The notes: generated by a model from the letters alone, not told the origin. 64,000 nt of DNA from Candidatus Marinacidobacterium sp. (GCA_965204755.1 OZ242011.1:3840001-3904000); one strand, 5' to 3'; numbered from the stretch's first letter, positions 18,261-29,683 are shown. Numbers and translations are program-made.

Positions 18261-21200
18261 ATGTCCGACTCGCCCCGCGCCGCGTTCGCCGCCGCCCTCC
18301 GGGAGCGGATCCTGGTGTTCGACGGCGCCATCGGAACGATGTTCCAGGCGGAGCGGCTGGACGAGGACGGCTTCCGGGGCGAGGCGCTGCGCGACCACCC
18401 GAAGCCGCTCCAGGGACTCCACGATGTCCTCTCGCTGACCCGGCCGGAACTGGTGGAGAGCGTCCACCGGCAGTACCTCGACGCCGGGGCGGACGCGCTC
18501 ACCACCAACACCTTCAACGGGACGGCCGTCTCGCTGGAAGACTACGGGCTGGCCGGACGGGCGTTCGAGTTGAACCGGCTGGGCGCCGAAGCCGCCCGGC
18601 GGGCGATCGCGGCGGCGGAAGCGGCAGGCGGGGCGGGCCGCAACGGGCGGCGCCCCTTCGTGCTCGGCTCGATGGGCCCCACGAACCGGACGCTCAGCAT
18701 CTCGCCGCGAGTCTCGGACCCGGCGTACCGGGCGATCACCTGGGCGGAACTGCGCGCGGCCTACCGGGAGCAGGCGCGCGGGCTGCTCGCCGGAGGGGCT
18801 GACCTGCTGCTGGTCGAGACCTGCTTCGACACGCTGAACGCCAAGGCGGCCCTCGACGCGGCGACGGAGGCGATCCGGGAGGCGCCGGGCGACGCCGGGC
18901 TGATCGTGTCCTTCACCGCGGTGGACCGGGGCGGGCGGAACCTCACCGGGCAGGACGCCGAGGCCTTCTGGATTTCGGTGGAGCACGCCGGGGTCACGGC
19001 CGCCGGGATCAACTGCTCGCTCGGCGCGGCGATGATGCGGCCCTTCCTCGAATCCCTGTCGCGGGAGGCGTCGGCGCCGGTGGGGGCGGTCCCGAACGCG
19101 GGGCTCCCGAACGAACTCGGCGAGTACGACGAGACGCCGGAGGACACGGCGGCGGCGGTCGCGGACCTCGCCGAGGGCGGCCTCGTCAACTTCGTGGGCG
19201 GGTGCTGCGGGACGACGCCGGAGCACATCGCGGCCATCGTGGAGGCGCTGCGGGAGCGGGCGGGCCGCGCCGCGCCGCGGACGATCCCGGAGCGGCCGCG
19301 CCGGCTGAGGCTCGCCGGGACCGAGCCGCTGGTTCGGCCCGAGTCCGCCTTTCTGGTGGTCGGCGAGCGGACGAATGTGACCGGCTCGCGGCGGTTCGCC
19401 CGGCTCATCCGCTCCGGGGAGTTCGAGGACGCGGTGCGCGTCGCCCGCGACCAGGTGGACGGCGGCGCGAATGTCCTCGATGTGAACATGGACGAGGCGC
19501 TGCTCGACTCCGAGGACGCCATGGAGCGGTTCCTCCGGCTGTTGGCGATGGAGCCGGAAGTGGCGCGGCTCCCGATCATGGTGGACAGTTCCCGGCTCTC
19601 CGTCGTGGAAGCGGGACTGCGGGCGCTTCCCGGCAAGGGCGTCGTGAACTCGCTCTCGCTGAAGGACGGCGAGGAGGCGTTCCTCGAGGCGGCGCGCCGC
19701 ATTCGGGCGTACGGGGCGGCGGTGATCGTCATGGCGTTCGACGAGACCGGCCAGGCGGTGGACGCGGCGCGGAAGACCGGGATCTGCGCCCGCGCCTACC
19801 GGCTGCTGACCGGGCGCGCCGGGTATGCGCCGGAGGACCTGATCTTCGATCCGAATGTGCTCGCGGTGGCCACCGGGATGGCGGAGCACGACCGGTACGG
19901 GGTGGAGTTCCTCGAAGCCCTGCCCCGCATCCGGGAAGCGTGTCCGGGGTCGCTGATCTCCGGGGGGATCTCGAACCTGTCGTTCGCGTTCCGGGGCAAC
20001 GAGGCGGTCCGGCAGGCGATGAACTCCGTGTTCCTGCACCACGCCATCGCAGCCGGGCTCGATCTCGGGATCGTGAACGCCGGACGGCTGCCCGCCTACG
20101 ACGACATCCCCGACGAGTTGCGCGAGCGGGTCGAGGATGTGGTGCTCGCCCGCCGCCCGGATGCGACCGAGCGGCTGGTCGCGGTCGCCGCCGGCGCGCG
20201 GGCCGCCGCGCCGGAAGCCCGGGCGGCTGCGAATCGGCGGGAAGCACCGGTGGCGGAGCGGCTGTCCCACGCAGTCGTCCACGGCATCCTCGACCACATC
20301 GAAGAAGACGCGGAGGAGGCGCGGCGGGAGATGCCGTCGCCACTCGCGGTGATCGAAGGGCCGTTGATGGACGGGATGCGGATCGTGGGGGACCGGTTCG
20401 GCGACGGGCGGATGTTCCTGCCGCAGGTCGTGAAGAGCGCGCGGGTGATGAAGCGCGCCGTGGCGGTGTTGGAGCCGTACATGGACGCCGGGCCGGACGC
20501 GTCACCCGATGGTTCGTCGGACGGGCCGAAGGGCCGCCGGGAGCGCTTGGTGCTCGCCACGGTGAAGGGCGATGTCCACGACATCGGGAAGAGCATCGTG
20601 GGGATCGTGCTCGCCTGCAACGGCTACCGCGTCGAGGACCTCGGCGTGATGGTTCCGGCGGAGCGCATCCTCCGGACGGCGCGGGAGACCGGAGCCAGCC
20701 TCATCGGGCTGTCGGGGCTCATCACCCCGTCGCTCGGCGAAATGGAGCGGTTCGCTGCGGAGATGGAGCGGGAGGGGATGGCCCTGCCGCTGCTGATCGG
20801 GGGGGCGACGACTTCCGCGCGCCACACGGCGCTGCGGATCGCCCCGGAGCGGACGAACGGGCCGGTGGTGCATGTCTCCGACGCGTCGCGGGCGTCGGAG
20901 ACGGTGCGGTCGCTCCTCGGGACGGAATCTGTGGAGTTCGTGGCCGAGGTGCGGAAGTCGCAGGAGGCAGAACGGCGCGCGAGTGGCCGCGGGCGGGTGG
21001 GGCTGCTCGACCTGGCGGCGGCGCGGGCGCGGGCGCCGGGGTTCGCGCCGGCGAGCGATGTCGTCCCGGCGTTCCTGGGGACGAGGACGATCCCGCGCCT
21101 TCCGCTCGGGGAGTTGATCCCCTATGTGGACTGGACGCCGTTCTTCCACGCTTGGCAGTTCCGGGGGACTTTCCCCGGGGTCATCGAGAAGGGTCCGGCG

Positions 21201-21977
21201 GCGGAAGCGGCGGCGGAGTTGTACGGAAACGCCCGCCGGCGGTTGGAAGAGTTGGCGAAGGACGAGCGGTTCGCCGCCGGCGCGGCGTACGGGTTCTACC
21301 CGGCAGGACGCGAGGTCGACGACCTGCTGGTGTGGCGCGGCGCGGCGGCGGGGGATTCGGCGCCGCCCCCGGTGCGCATTCCCACGCTCCGCCAGCAGGA
21401 GGCGCGCGGCGGGGCGCGGCTTGCCGCGGCGGACTTCGTCGCGGAAGCATCCGGCGGCGAATCCGCGCCGGACACCTTGGGGATGTTCTGCGTGACCGCC
21501 GGCGAAGCGTTCGGGAACGGCGCGGCTGAAGCGCAGCGGGGCGGAGACGACTACGAGGCGCTGCTGCTGCGTTCGCTCGGCGACCGCGTCGCGGAAGCGG
21601 CGGCGGAATACCTTCACCAGCGGGCGCGCCGCGATCTCGGCTACGGGGTCGATGAAGACTTGGACCCCGCGGAGTTGCTGCGCGGAAAGTACCGGGGCAT
21701 CCGCCCTGCCCCCGGCTATCCCGCGACGCCCGACCTCAGCATCCTGCGCGAGATCTTCGACTTGTTGGAGGCGGAATCAGCCCTCGGCGTCCGCCTCACC
21801 GAGTCGTTCGCCATCGCCCCGGCGGCATCGGTCGCCGGGCTCTACTTCGGCAGCGCCGACTCCCGCTACTTCTCGGTGGGCCGCATCGGCCGCGACCAGT
21901 TGGAAGACTACGCCGCCCGCCGCGGAATCCCCGTCGAGGAAGCCGAACGCCTCCTCATCCGCGTCCTGGAGACCTGA
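18261..21977 (+). CDS. metH: Cobalamin-dependent methionine synthase
   Basis: [38 protein letters not shown]12 motif [16 protein letters not shown] activation domain. Confidence 0.97.
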   Translation: MSDSPRAAFAAALRERILVFDGAIGTMFQAERLDEDGFRGEALRDHPKPLQGLHDVLSLTRPELVESVHRQYLDAGADALTTNTFNGTAVSLEDYGLAGRAFELNRLGAEAARRAIAAAEAAGGAGRNGRRPFVLGSMGPTNRTLSISPRVSDPAYRAITWAELRAAYREQARGLLAGGADLLLVETCFDTLNAKAALDAATEAIREAPGDAGLIVSFTAVDRGGRNLTGQDAEAFWISVEHAGVTAAGINCSLGAAMMRPFLESLSREASAPVGAVPNAGLPNELGEYDETPEDTAAAVADLAEGGLVNFVGGCCGTTPEHIAAIVEALRERAGRAAPRTIPERPRRLRLAGTEPLVRPESAFLVVGERTNVTGSRRFARLIRSGEFEDAVRVARDQVDGGANVLDVNMDEALLDSEDAMERFLRLLAMEPEVARLPIMVDSSRLSVVEAGLRALPGKGVVNSLSLKDGEEAFLEAARRIRAYGAAVIVMAFDETGQAVDAARKTGICARAYRLLTGRAGYAPEDLIFDPNVLAVATGMAEHDRYGVEFLEALPRIREACPGSLISGGISNLSFAFRGNEAVRQAMNSVFLHHAIAAGLDLGIVNAGRLPAYDDIPDELRERVEDVVLARRPDATERLVAVAAGARAAAPEARAAANRREAPVAERLSHAVVHGILDHIEEDAEEARREMPSPLAVIEGPLMDGMRIVGDRFGDGRMFLPQVVKSARVMKRAVAVLEPYMDAGPDASPDGSSDGPKGRRERLVLATVKGDVHDIGKSIVGIVLACNGYRVEDLGVMVPAERILRTARETGASLIGLSGLITPSLGEMERFAAEMEREGMALPLLIGGATTSARHTALRIAPERTNGPVVHVSDASRASETVRSLLGTESVEFVAEVRKSQEAERRASGRGRVGLLDLAAARARAPGFAPASDVVPAFLGTRTIPRLPLGELIPYVDWTPFFHAWQFRGTFPGVIEKGPAAEAAAELYGNARRRLEELAKDERFAAGAAYGFYPAGREVDDLLVWRGAAAGDSAPPPVRIPTLRQQEARGGARLAAADFVAEASGGESAPDTLGMFCVTAGEAFGNGAAEAQRGGDDYEALLLRSLGDRVAEAAAEYLHQRARRDLGYGVDEDLDPAELLRGKYRGIRPAPGYPATPDLSILREIFDLLEAESALGVRLTESFAIAPAASVAGLYFGSADSRYFSVGRIGRDQLEDYAARRGIPVEEAERLLIRVLET

Positions 21978-22037
21978 CGAGCGGCGGCGCACCGGTACCG
22001 GGTCTGCTCGATGCCCACCAGAGCCACACTGCGGCAT

Positions 22038-22511
22038 CTACCCAGGCCCACGCTCCGGATCCGGATCCGGTTCCGTTTCGGCGGCCAACCAGACGGTGGC
22101 TTGCCGCGAGAGGTCCCGGGCGTGTTCCCTTATCGTGTTCTCCGGCTCGTCATCGCCATCGAACGCCGGCAAATGGATGTCCGCGTGGAACGGATTTCGA
22201 TCCGTCGGACTGGCAACGACAGATCGCCCGTTCATCTCCGCATCGGCTTTGGTCACCACACCCCAACCGTGAAAGCGTGGTCGGTCGGACCGCGCTGCTG
22301 CGTTCTCGCAAGCGATCTTTCTCAGGAGATCGAGGGAGGCGATGTCCATACGGTCAACAGATAGTGACGAGACCCCCGGCGCCGGAAGAAAGGCGCGGTA
22401 GTGCACTCGCGGCTTCCCGGCCGCCAAATTCCGAATGTGTCGCCGAGTAAAGATCTCCCGTCCGAGACGCTCTCTCGAGTCGACGAGATCGGTAACCGAA
22501 GGCTCAGACAT
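22038..22511 (-). CDS. Hypothetical protein, possible ADP-ribosyltransferase/RES-like fold toxin
   Basis: E.L.R...AF.P.....LSVDR...NPFHADI pattern; start overlaps the upstream gene stop by 8 nt. Confidence 0.5.
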   Translation of the reverse strand: MSEPSVTDLVDSRERLGREIFTRRHIRNLAAGKPRVHYRAFLPAPGVSSLSVDRMDIASLDLLRKIACENAAARSDRPRFHGWGVVTKADAEMNGRSVVASPTDRNPFHADIHLPAFDGDDEPENTIREHARDLSRQATVWLAAETEPDPDPERGPG

Positions 22512-23439
22512 CCACGAGGATGCCGGCGCGCTCGAGGCCGCGCAAGCCGATCGCGTCCACCATGGATCGCCACTCGCGAAAGCGAGCCCTTCCCGACTGG
22601 TCTTCTATGGACTCGAGATAGGTTGCGGCGCCGTCCCGTTCGATTACGAAAAGGATGCGATTGCGCCCGGCGCCGTAGAACTCGATGCCCACGGCCTCGA
22701 ACGGGTCGTCAGACACACCGGGAGCGCTCGCGACTCTCGTGGCGAGATGCCGGAGGAGCGCATCGGCCTCACGAAGCGCGGTCTCGGTCGGCAGCGGTCC
22801 ATCCACTTCGAACCCCCGACGAACCTCGTCGAGTTCCTCCAGTGCCTGTGGCAACCAAGGAGCAGGCGTAGTGCCGACGGCGTACGGTTTCGCTTCTTCA
22901 ACCGGGTGAAGTCCGACCCAGCGAGCCGAGTTGGAGAGCACCCTACGGTCGCCGGGAGCGACCGCATCGGAGGAGGCAGCGCCCGCAACACCGCTCTTGC
23001 TCCCTGCTTGGCCGCAGCCGGGAGGGGGCTCGGACTCGATCTGGCGCCCCTTGACCGGACGCCCGGCGACCAGGTGTTCCCGAATCACCTCTTCCAGCGC
23101 CTCGGGAGTCATCCCGGCGTACCAGACGCCCTCCGGATAGACGACGGCGACCGGGCCGCCCGCGCAGACGCGGAGGCAGGCTGCCTTGGTGCGGGCGACC
23201 GGGCCGCCGTCCGGGCCGGAGGCAAGGCCGAGTTCGTCCAGCCGGCGTTTCAGGTAGGCCCAGGACTCCCGCGACGCTTCCGGGGAGCAGCACTTCGGGA
23301 CCGCGGAGTCGCAGCAGAGGAAGATGTGGCGCCGGATCCCGGCGACGCCGATCTCCTTCGCCCGCCGCGACGCGGCGGCGCGGGGACTCTCCGCAGCAGC
23401 CGGTTCGGGCGGGGATGCGGAGGCGGGCGCGTCCGCCAT
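22504..23439 (-). CDS. Thioredoxin-like [2Fe-2S] ferredoxin reading through in frame into an unrelated ~150-aa domain
   Basis: RHIFLCCD..KCC...TKAACLRVCAGGPVAVVYPEGVWY...IREHL..GRPV; no stop after the ferredoxin; C-terminal LEELDE..P.ETALREA..LL..P.VS.D....VGIEF domain. Confidence 0.75.
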   Translation of the reverse strand: MADAPASASPPEPAAAESPRAAASRRAKEIGVAGIRRHIFLCCDSAVPKCCSPEASRESWAYLKRRLDELGLASGPDGGPVARTKAACLRVCAGGPVAVVYPEGVWYAGMTPEALEEVIREHLVAGRPVKGRQIESEPPPGCGQAGSKSGVAGAASSDAVAPGDRRVLSNSARWVGLHPVEEAKPYAVGTTPAPWLPQALEELDEVRRGFEVDGPLPTETALREADALLRHLATRVASAPGVSDDPFEAVGIEFYGAGRNRILFVIERDGAATYLESIEDQSGRARFREWRSMVDAIGLRGLERAGILVDV

Positions 23440-23444
23440 GGGTT

Positions 23445-24092
23445 CTACGACCCTGCGGGGGCGGGCGCGGCGCAGGAAACGCCGGTGCCCCGGATCCCGC
23501 AGTAGCCGTCCGGGTTCTTCGCCAGGTACTGCTGGTGGTAATCCTCGGCGTAGTAGAACGGCGGCGCGTCCTCGATCTCCGTCGTGATCGCGCCGTAGCC
23601 GGCCGCGCGGATGCGTTCGGCGTAGTCCTTCCGCGTTTCCTCGGCCAACCGGCACTGCTCGGCGGAAACGGGGTAGAGCGCCGAGCGGTACTGCGTCCCC
23701 ACATCGTTCCCCTGGCGCATCCCCTGCGTCGGGTCGTGGTTCTCCCAAAAGACGCGGAGGAGGTCGCCGTAGGAGACGACCTTCGGGTCGAAGACGACGC
23801 GCACGGTCTCCGCGTGCCCGGTCCGCCCGGTGCAGACTTCCCGGTAGTTCGGGTTCGGCGTCACTCCCCCGGCGTACCCGACGGAGGTGGAGTGGACGCC
23901 GTCGAGTTGCCAGAACAGCCGCTCACACCCCCAAAAGCACCCGAAGGCGAAGAACGCCTCCTCCATCCCCTCCGGCCACGGGGGGCTCAGGGGCGTGTCG
24001 AGTACGAAGTGGGTGTCGAGAACGGGCATCGGCTCTTCTCGGCCCGCCAAGGCGTTCTCAGCTGTGACAAGCGCAGTCTCCGCAGCGGCCAT
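23445..24092 (-). CDS. msrA: Peptide methionine sulfoxide reductase A
   Basis: [47 protein letters not shown]. Confidence 0.97.
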   Translation of the reverse strand: MAAAETALVTAENALAGREEPMPVLDTHFVLDTPLSPPWPEGMEEAFFAFGCFWGCERLFWQLDGVHSTSVGYAGGVTPNPNYREVCTGRTGHAETVRVVFDPKVVSYGDLLRVFWENHDPTQGMRQGNDVGTQYRSALYPVSAEQCRLAEETRKDYAERIRAAGYGAITTEIEDAPPFYYAEDYHQQYLAKNPDGYCGIRGTGVSCAAPAPAGS

Positions 24093-24127
24093 CAGCGAAC
24101 TCCCTTCAGTGAGGAACCGGGAGAATT

Positions 24128-25051
24128 CTACCGGAGGCGTGCTTCGGGTTCGTCGCTCGGGGTCCCGAGCCTCTCCTTGACTGCGGCGACCTCCTCTTCG
24201 CCCGGCCATCGGTACTCGACACCGCCGGCGGGAAAGTCGAGATTCGAGGCCGAGTCGCAGTCCACCAAGTTCTTCCAGTCCGCTCGACCCCGTGCGGACT
24301 CGTATCCCTGATACGCCGCCCACGCCGAAATCAAGGCATCCCACTCGTGTGACCATCCGTCTGAATCGAGTCTAGGCAGGTGACCGATCGACGCATCGGT
24401 GCTCGGCACATCCAACACACGCGACAACCATTCGTTCATGAAGGGCCGACCTTCCTTTTCTTTCTTCGGCCGCTGACGCCTAAGGCGACTGATCTCGGAG
24501 TCGATCCTCGCCTTCTCATCCCCTTTCTTGCCTTTCCGTTTCGTCGTCAGATCGTCGATTCTTCGGTTGAGGTCATTCAGTGGCGGCCCACCATAAGGCT
24601 TCCGCGACAGGGCGCGATAGAGGACCTTCGGATGCGTCTCTGTCACATACACCGACGAGCATTGTTCGCGAAGTTTGCGCAGGACGAGCATTCCGTTGAC
24701 GCTCATCGCGCTACGGAGGGCATTGGGCCATAGGACACTTCCCTTGACATCGGGATATTTGGAACGAAGCGTGTTGTCCGCGCTGCGCGCGCCGTTCGAT
24801 GCGACGCTCCAATAGGCCAGCGTGTCGATGCCGACCCCAAGGACGCCGCTGAGTGGCCCCTCTTTGTTCCACTCCTGAGACTGGTCTTGGAACCAGCAAA
24901 GAACATCGGCGACCGCTGGTCTCGTGGCTACCGTCGGTCGCTCAATCCGCCCGCACTCGACGCGGATTGCCGCCACTCCGTGGCTGTCGTTGCCACCGGG
25001 GTCGTAGCCGAGGAACCAGCCGGTGAGTCCGTCGATCAGTTCGTGTGCCAT
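24128..25051 (-). CDS. Second, divergent DUF429-like RNase H-fold protein
   Basis: [35 protein letters not shown]; lower GC. Confidence 0.7.
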   Translation of the reverse strand: MAHELIDGLTGWFLGYDPGGNDSHGVAAIRVECGRIERPTVATRPAVADVLCWFQDQSQEWNKEGPLSGVLGVGIDTLAYWSVASNGARSADNTLRSKYPDVKGSVLWPNALRSAMSVNGMLVLRKLREQCSSVYVTETHPKVLYRALSRKPYGGPPLNDLNRRIDDLTTKRKGKKGDEKARIDSEISRLRRQRPKKEKEGRPFMNEWLSRVLDVPSTDASIGHLPRLDSDGWSHEWDALISAWAAYQGYESARGRADWKNLVDCDSASNLDFPAGGVEYRWPGEEEVAAVKERLGTPSDEPEARLR

Positions 25052-25176
25052 CGTCCCTTCCGACTGTGGTGATGCCCTCGAGAGATGAATGCGCTCCGCC
25101 GCCAAGGTGGAATGTGAGCCGAACCCTACCGGAGCCCGGGCGACCTATCAAGAACCATCACCGGGCGGGCGGTTCC

Positions 25177-25182
25177 TATACT
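25177..25182 (+). promoter_or_regulatory. Putative -10 box (TATACT) upstream of the aldehyde dehydrogenase operon
   Basis: 10 nt before TTG 25193. Confidence 0.5.
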
Positions 25183-25192
25183 TCGACCACCG

Positions 25193-26548
25193 TTGCATCC
25201 CGAAATCCTTGTGAATGCCCGGAGGGCGGTTCGCCTCCTCCGATCGCCCGAGAGTCGTCGGGATCGGCTCCTCGTGCTGGGCGACCTTCTGCGAGATCAC
25301 CGGGGCGAGTGGGAGCGGGCGCTCGGCGAGGACCGGGGCGCGCCGGCGTTCGAGGCGTGGGGGACGGAGATCGGGCTCGTGCTCGCGGAGATTCGCTACG
25401 CCCGCCGGCGGCTGCGGCGGTGGATGCGGGGGCGGTGGGCGCGGACGCCGCTGGCCCTGTTGCCGTCCGTCAGTTGGAGCGAGCCGCGCCCGGTCGGGGC
25501 CGTGCTCGTCATCGCGCCGTGGAACTACCCGCTGCAACTCAGCCTCGCGCCGGCGGTGTCGGCGCTGGCCGCCGGGAACGCGGTGGTCATCAAGCCCTCG
25601 GAGCGCGCTCCGGCGACCGCCGAAGCGCTCCGGCGGCTCGTTCCCCCGGCGCTCGGGGACACGGTGCAGATCGCGGCCGGCGGGCCGGAGGTCGGGCGGG
25701 AACTCGTCGAGGCCGGGTTCGACCACATCGTCTTCACCGGGAGCCGGCGGGTCGGGGCGGAAGTGGCGGAGGCAGCGGGTAAGCGGCTCACGCCGGTGAC
25801 GCTGGAACTCGGGGGCAAATGCCCTGCCCTCGTGGACGGCTCGGCCAACCTGACGACTGCCGTTCGGCGGATCGCCTGGGCGAAGTTCCTGAACGCCGGG
25901 CAGACCTGCCTGGCGCCGGACTTCGCGCTCGTCCCGGAGAACCTTTGCGACGAGTTCACGGAACGCCTGGCGGAGCAACTGCGGCGGTTCTACGGCGACG
26001 ATCCGGCCATGAGCCCCGACTACGCCCGGATCGGGCATCCGGTGCACTTCGACCGGCTGCGGGGCCTGCTCGACAGACTTCCGGTCCGCCACGGCGGCGC
26101 AACGGACGCCGAGTCGCGCTACTTCGCCCCGACGCTCACCGGGCCGTGGCCCGAGGGGCATCCGGCGGCGACCGAGGAGATCTTCGGGCCGATCCTGCCG
26201 ATCCTGCCCTACCGGACCCTGCCCGACGCCTACGAAGAGATCGGGCGCCACCCGGACCCGCTGGCGCTCTACCTGTTCAGCCGCGCCGGGGCGACGATCT
26301 CCGCCGCGTCGGGGATCGCGCGTTCCGGGGCGCTCGTCGTAAACGACGCGGTGCTCCACTGCGCGAACCCGGGGCTCCCCTTCGGCGGCGTCGGCCGCAG
26401 CGGCTTCGGGAACTACCACGGGCGGTACGGCTTCGAGCGGTTGTCCTACCGGCGCGCCCGCCTGCGGGCGCTCCCCCGGTTCGACTTCCCGGTCCGGTTT
26501 CCGCCCTACGCCGGGAAAGAAGGGCTCATCCGGCGGCTGCTGCGCTGA
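25193..26548 (+). CDS. Aldehyde dehydrogenase (family 3-like)
   Basis: IAPWNYP, KPSE, FTGS, LELGGK, AGQTC, EEIFGP, PFGGVG.SGFGNYHG. Confidence 0.95.
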   Translation: MHPEILVNARRAVRLLRSPESRRDRLLVLGDLLRDHRGEWERALGEDRGAPAFEAWGTEIGLVLAEIRYARRRLRRWMRGRWARTPLALLPSVSWSEPRPVGAVLVIAPWNYPLQLSLAPAVSALAAGNAVVIKPSERAPATAEALRRLVPPALGDTVQIAAGGPEVGRELVEAGFDHIVFTGSRRVGAEVAEAAGKRLTPVTLELGGKCPALVDGSANLTTAVRRIAWAKFLNAGQTCLAPDFALVPENLCDEFTERLAEQLRRFYGDDPAMSPDYARIGHPVHFDRLRGLLDRLPVRHGGATDAESRYFAPTLTGPWPEGHPAATEEIFGPILPILPYRTLPDAYEEIGRHPDPLALYLFSRAGATISAASGIARSGALVVNDAVLHCANPGLPFGGVGRSGFGNYHGRYGFERLSYRRARLRALPRFDFPVRFPPYAGKEGLIRRLLR

Positions 26549-29500
26549 TGGCGGAGGCGAAGCGAGTGTCCGGCGGCCTCCCCGTCTTCCATGACCCGGT
26601 GAGCGGGCGGCCCGAGGTGTCCCCGGAGGAAGCCGCGGCGCTGGCCGCGGCGCACTGGGGGATCAGCGGCGAAGCGTCGCCGCTCGCCGGGGAGCGCGAC
26701 CGGAACTTCCTCATCCGGGAGCGGGCCGAAGGCGGGCGGCGGTTCGTGCTCAAGGTCAGCCCCACCGGAGAGCCGGCCGCCCGGCTCGACATGCTGCGCG
26801 CCGTGGTCGGGCACGCCCGCAACGCGGACGCGGGGCTCCGCATCCCGGAGGCCCTTCCCACGCTCGCCGGCGACACGGGCGCGGAGTTGCGGCGCGCCGG
26901 CAGCGGGCGCCGGGCACGGCTCCTGACCTATCTCGACGGGACGCCGCTGTCCCGGATCCCCCGGCGGCCCCCGGCGTTGCTCGCCGCCGTCGGCGGGCTG
27001 CTCGGACGCATGCAGAACGCGCTCGCCGACTTCGACCACCCGGGGCTGGACGAGCAGGAGATCCCCTGGGCGCCTCGAAACGCCGAAGCGGTCATCGAGG
27101 CGGGGGCGGCGGCGCTCGCGGCGGCCTCGGCCGAGAGCGCCGAGGCCGGCGAGCGGGCCGATCTCTACCGGCGGATGTCCCGCCAGGTCCGGCCGAGCCT
27201 CCCGGCGCTCCTCTCCCTGCCCTCCGGCCCGCTCCACAACGACGCGAACGACGACAACCTGCTCCTCGCCGCCGGGGAACCGGAAACCTGCCGACCGGAG
27301 GACCTCGCCCTCCTCGACTTCGGCGACGCGCTCTCCGGCCCGCGGATCGTGGAAGCCGCGAACGCCGCGCTCTACCTGTCGCTCGATGCGCCGGAACCGC
27401 TCCGGGCCGCTGCCCGGGTGCTGGCGGGGTTCGCCGCGGAGCGGCCGGTTCTCGAGGAGGAGGCGGACCTCTTCCGCGCGGCCTGCGCGGCCCGCGCGCT
27501 CGTGAGCGGCGGGGTGGCGGCGCTTCGCCGGGCGCGGATGCCGGAGACCGATCCGTACCTGCTGGTGAGCGAGGCCGGCGTCTTCCGGGTCCTGGCCGCG
27601 CTCGCGGAGGAACCCGTAGGGGTCACCACCGCGCGGTTCCGGCTCGCCGCCGGTCATCCGCCGGCGGCCGCCGCCGTCGGCTGGCGGAAGGCCGCGCGGG
27701 ACGCGGCGCCCCCGATCGAGCCGCACCCGGGAACGGCGGCCGGCGTCCCGCTCGACCTCTCCCCGGAGAGCCGCGCCGTGGATCCCGCAGACATCCGGCG
27801 GTCGCTGGAGCGCTCGGTTCGCCAAGCGACGGACGGGGGGCGGCGGTTCGCGTTCGGGAGATACGGCGAGGCCCGGCTACCCGGGGTGTTCCCCGTTGAC
27901 GAAGGCCGGCCCCCCTCCGCGGAGCGCCGCACCGTGAGTTCGGGAATCGAGGTGTTCGCGCCGGCGGGAACCCCGGTTCGGGCGGCGCTCGCGGGCGAAG
28001 TCGTCGGCGCCGGCCCGGACCCGGTATCCGGCCGCGGACACCGCGTGGAACTGCGGCACGCGGCCCCCGTGGGGGCGTTCCGCTCCATCTACCGCGGACT
28101 GGCCGGGGAAGGCGCGCCGGCGCCGGGCGCCGCCGTCGCCGCGGGTCAGCGGCTCGGGAGCGTCGCCGATGCCGAAGGGAACGGCGGCCGGCCCCCGCAC
28201 CTGCAGTTCCAGATCGCCCTGGAAACCGGCGACGAGGACGACCGACCGACGGACGAGGGCCCCCTCACCTACGGGGATCGACTTCGCTCGGCCGCCGCCC
28301 CGTCGGACCTCGAACCCTTCGCCGCGCTCTGTCCCGACCCCTCTCCGTTTCTCACGGGTCTCGTCGGCGGCTCCGATTCCCTCGCCGCTCCCCCGGACGC
28401 GTTGGACCGGGAACCGCGCCTTCTGGAAGAGCGCCGCCGGCGCCTCAGCCCCGCGCTCAGCGTGGCCTACGACCCCGCGCCGATCCACATCGTCCGGGGG
28501 CGGGGCACGCTCCTCTACGACGCGGCGGGACGGGACTACCTCGACCTCGTGAACAATGTCTGCCAGGTCGGACACGCGCATCCGGCGGTCGCCGCCGCCA
28601 TCTCCGAGCAGGCGGCGCGGCTGAACACGAACACCCGCTACCTGTACCGGCAACTCACCGAGTACGCGGAGGCGCTGACCGCCACCCTGCCCCCGCCGCT
28701 CGAGGTCGTGTTCCTCACGAACTCCGGCAGCGAGGCGAACGACCTGGCGCTCCGCATCGCCCGCTCCCGGGTCGGGAACCGGCGCACGATCGTCTTCGAG
28801 GGCGGCTACCACGGGAACCTGACCTCGCTCATCGAGATCAGCCCCTACAAGTTGGACGGGCCGGGAGGCGGCGCCGACCCCGAGTGGCTGGTCCGGCTGC
28901 CCCGGCCCGACCTCTACCGGGGACGGTTCCGAGCCGCCGCCGCGCTGACCGAGGACGCGGTCCGGCGGATCGAGGCCGCCGGGCCGGCGACGCTCATCTG
29001 CGAAGCGATCCTGAGTTGCGGCGGACAGGTCGTCCCGCCGCCCGGCTACCTCCGGGCGATCTACGCGGCGGCCCGGCGCGCGGGAGGCTGCGTGATCGCG
29101 GACGAAGTGCAGACCGGGTTCGGGCGGGTCGGTCCCTCGTTCTGGGCGTTCCGCGAGGTCGGGGAAGCCGTCCCCGACCTCGTCACTTTCGGGAAGCCCG
29201 CCGGGAACGGGCATCCGTTGGGCGGCGTGGTCGCTTCCCGCGACCTCGCCCGCGCCTTCGAGACCGGGATGGAGTACTTCAACACCTTCGGCGGGAACCC
29301 GGTCTCCTGCGCGGCCGGTCTCGCGGTGCTCCGCGTGATTCGGGAAGAGGGGCTCGCCGAGCGCGCCGCCGCGGTCGGCGGGCGGCTGCTCACCGGGCTC
29401 GGCGAACTCGCCGGGCGGTACCCTATGTTGGGTCAGGTTCGGGGCCGGGGACTCTTCTCGGGAGCCGAGTTGGTGCGCGATCCCGAGACCCGCGAACCGG

Positions 29501-29673
29501 CCTCCTCCGAGGCGAAACGACTGGTTTCGAGGCTCCGGGAACTGCGCATCCTGAACAGCGTGGACGGGCCCGACGCCAATGTGCTCAAACTCAAACCGCC
29601 GCTCGTCTTCTCCGACTCCGACACCGACCGTTACCTGGAAGTCTTGGGCGGCGCGCTGAAGGAACGGGGTTGA
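26548..29673 (+). CDS. Fusion of APH-like kinase, degenerate M23 domain and class III PLP enzyme (hydroxylysine kinase / phospho-lyase type)
   Basis: GERDRNF, HNDANDDN, LLDFGD; M23-like segment PAGTPV.A...G.V; YLDLVNNV..VGH.HP, NSGSEAND, ADEVQTGFGR, TFGKPAGNG. Confidence 0.9.
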   Translation: MAEAKRVSGGLPVFHDPVSGRPEVSPEEAAALAAAHWGISGEASPLAGERDRNFLIRERAEGGRRFVLKVSPTGEPAARLDMLRAVVGHARNADAGLRIPEALPTLAGDTGAELRRAGSGRRARLLTYLDGTPLSRIPRRPPALLAAVGGLLGRMQNALADFDHPGLDEQEIPWAPRNAEAVIEAGAAALAAASAESAEAGERADLYRRMSRQVRPSLPALLSLPSGPLHNDANDDNLLLAAGEPETCRPEDLALLDFGDALSGPRIVEAANAALYLSLDAPEPLRAAARVLAGFAAERPVLEEEADLFRAACAARALVSGGVAALRRARMPETDPYLLVSEAGVFRVLAALAEEPVGVTTARFRLAAGHPPAAAAVGWRKAARDAAPPIEPHPGTAAGVPLDLSPESRAVDPADIRRSLERSVRQATDGGRRFAFGRYGEARLPGVFPVDEGRPPSAERRTVSSGIEVFAPAGTPVRAALAGEVVGAGPDPVSGRGHRVELRHAAPVGAFRSIYRGLAGEGAPAPGAAVAAGQRLGSVADAEGNGGRPPHLQFQIALETGDEDDRPTDEGPLTYGDRLRSAAAPSDLEPFAALCPDPSPFLTGLVGGSDSLAAPPDALDREPRLLEERRRRLSPALSVAYDPAPIHIVRGRGTLLYDAAGRDYLDLVNNVCQVGHAHPAVAAAISEQAARLNTNTRYLYRQLTEYAEALTATLPPPLEVVFLTNSGSEANDLALRIARSRVGNRRTIVFEGGYHGNLTSLIEISPYKLDGPGGGADPEWLVRLPRPDLYRGRFRAAAALTEDAVRRIEAAGPATLICEAILSCGGQVVPPPGYLRAIYAAARRAGGCVIADEVQTGFGRVGPSFWAFREVGEAVPDLVTFGKPAGNGHPLGGVVASRDLARAFETGMEYFNTFGGNPVSCAAGLAVLRVIREEGLAERAAAVGGRLLTGLGELAGRYPMLGQVRGRGLFSGAELVRDPETREPASSEAKRLVSRLRELRILNSVDGPDANVLKLKPPLVFSDSDTDRYLEVLGGALKERG

Positions 29674-29683
29674 GACGCCGCCG

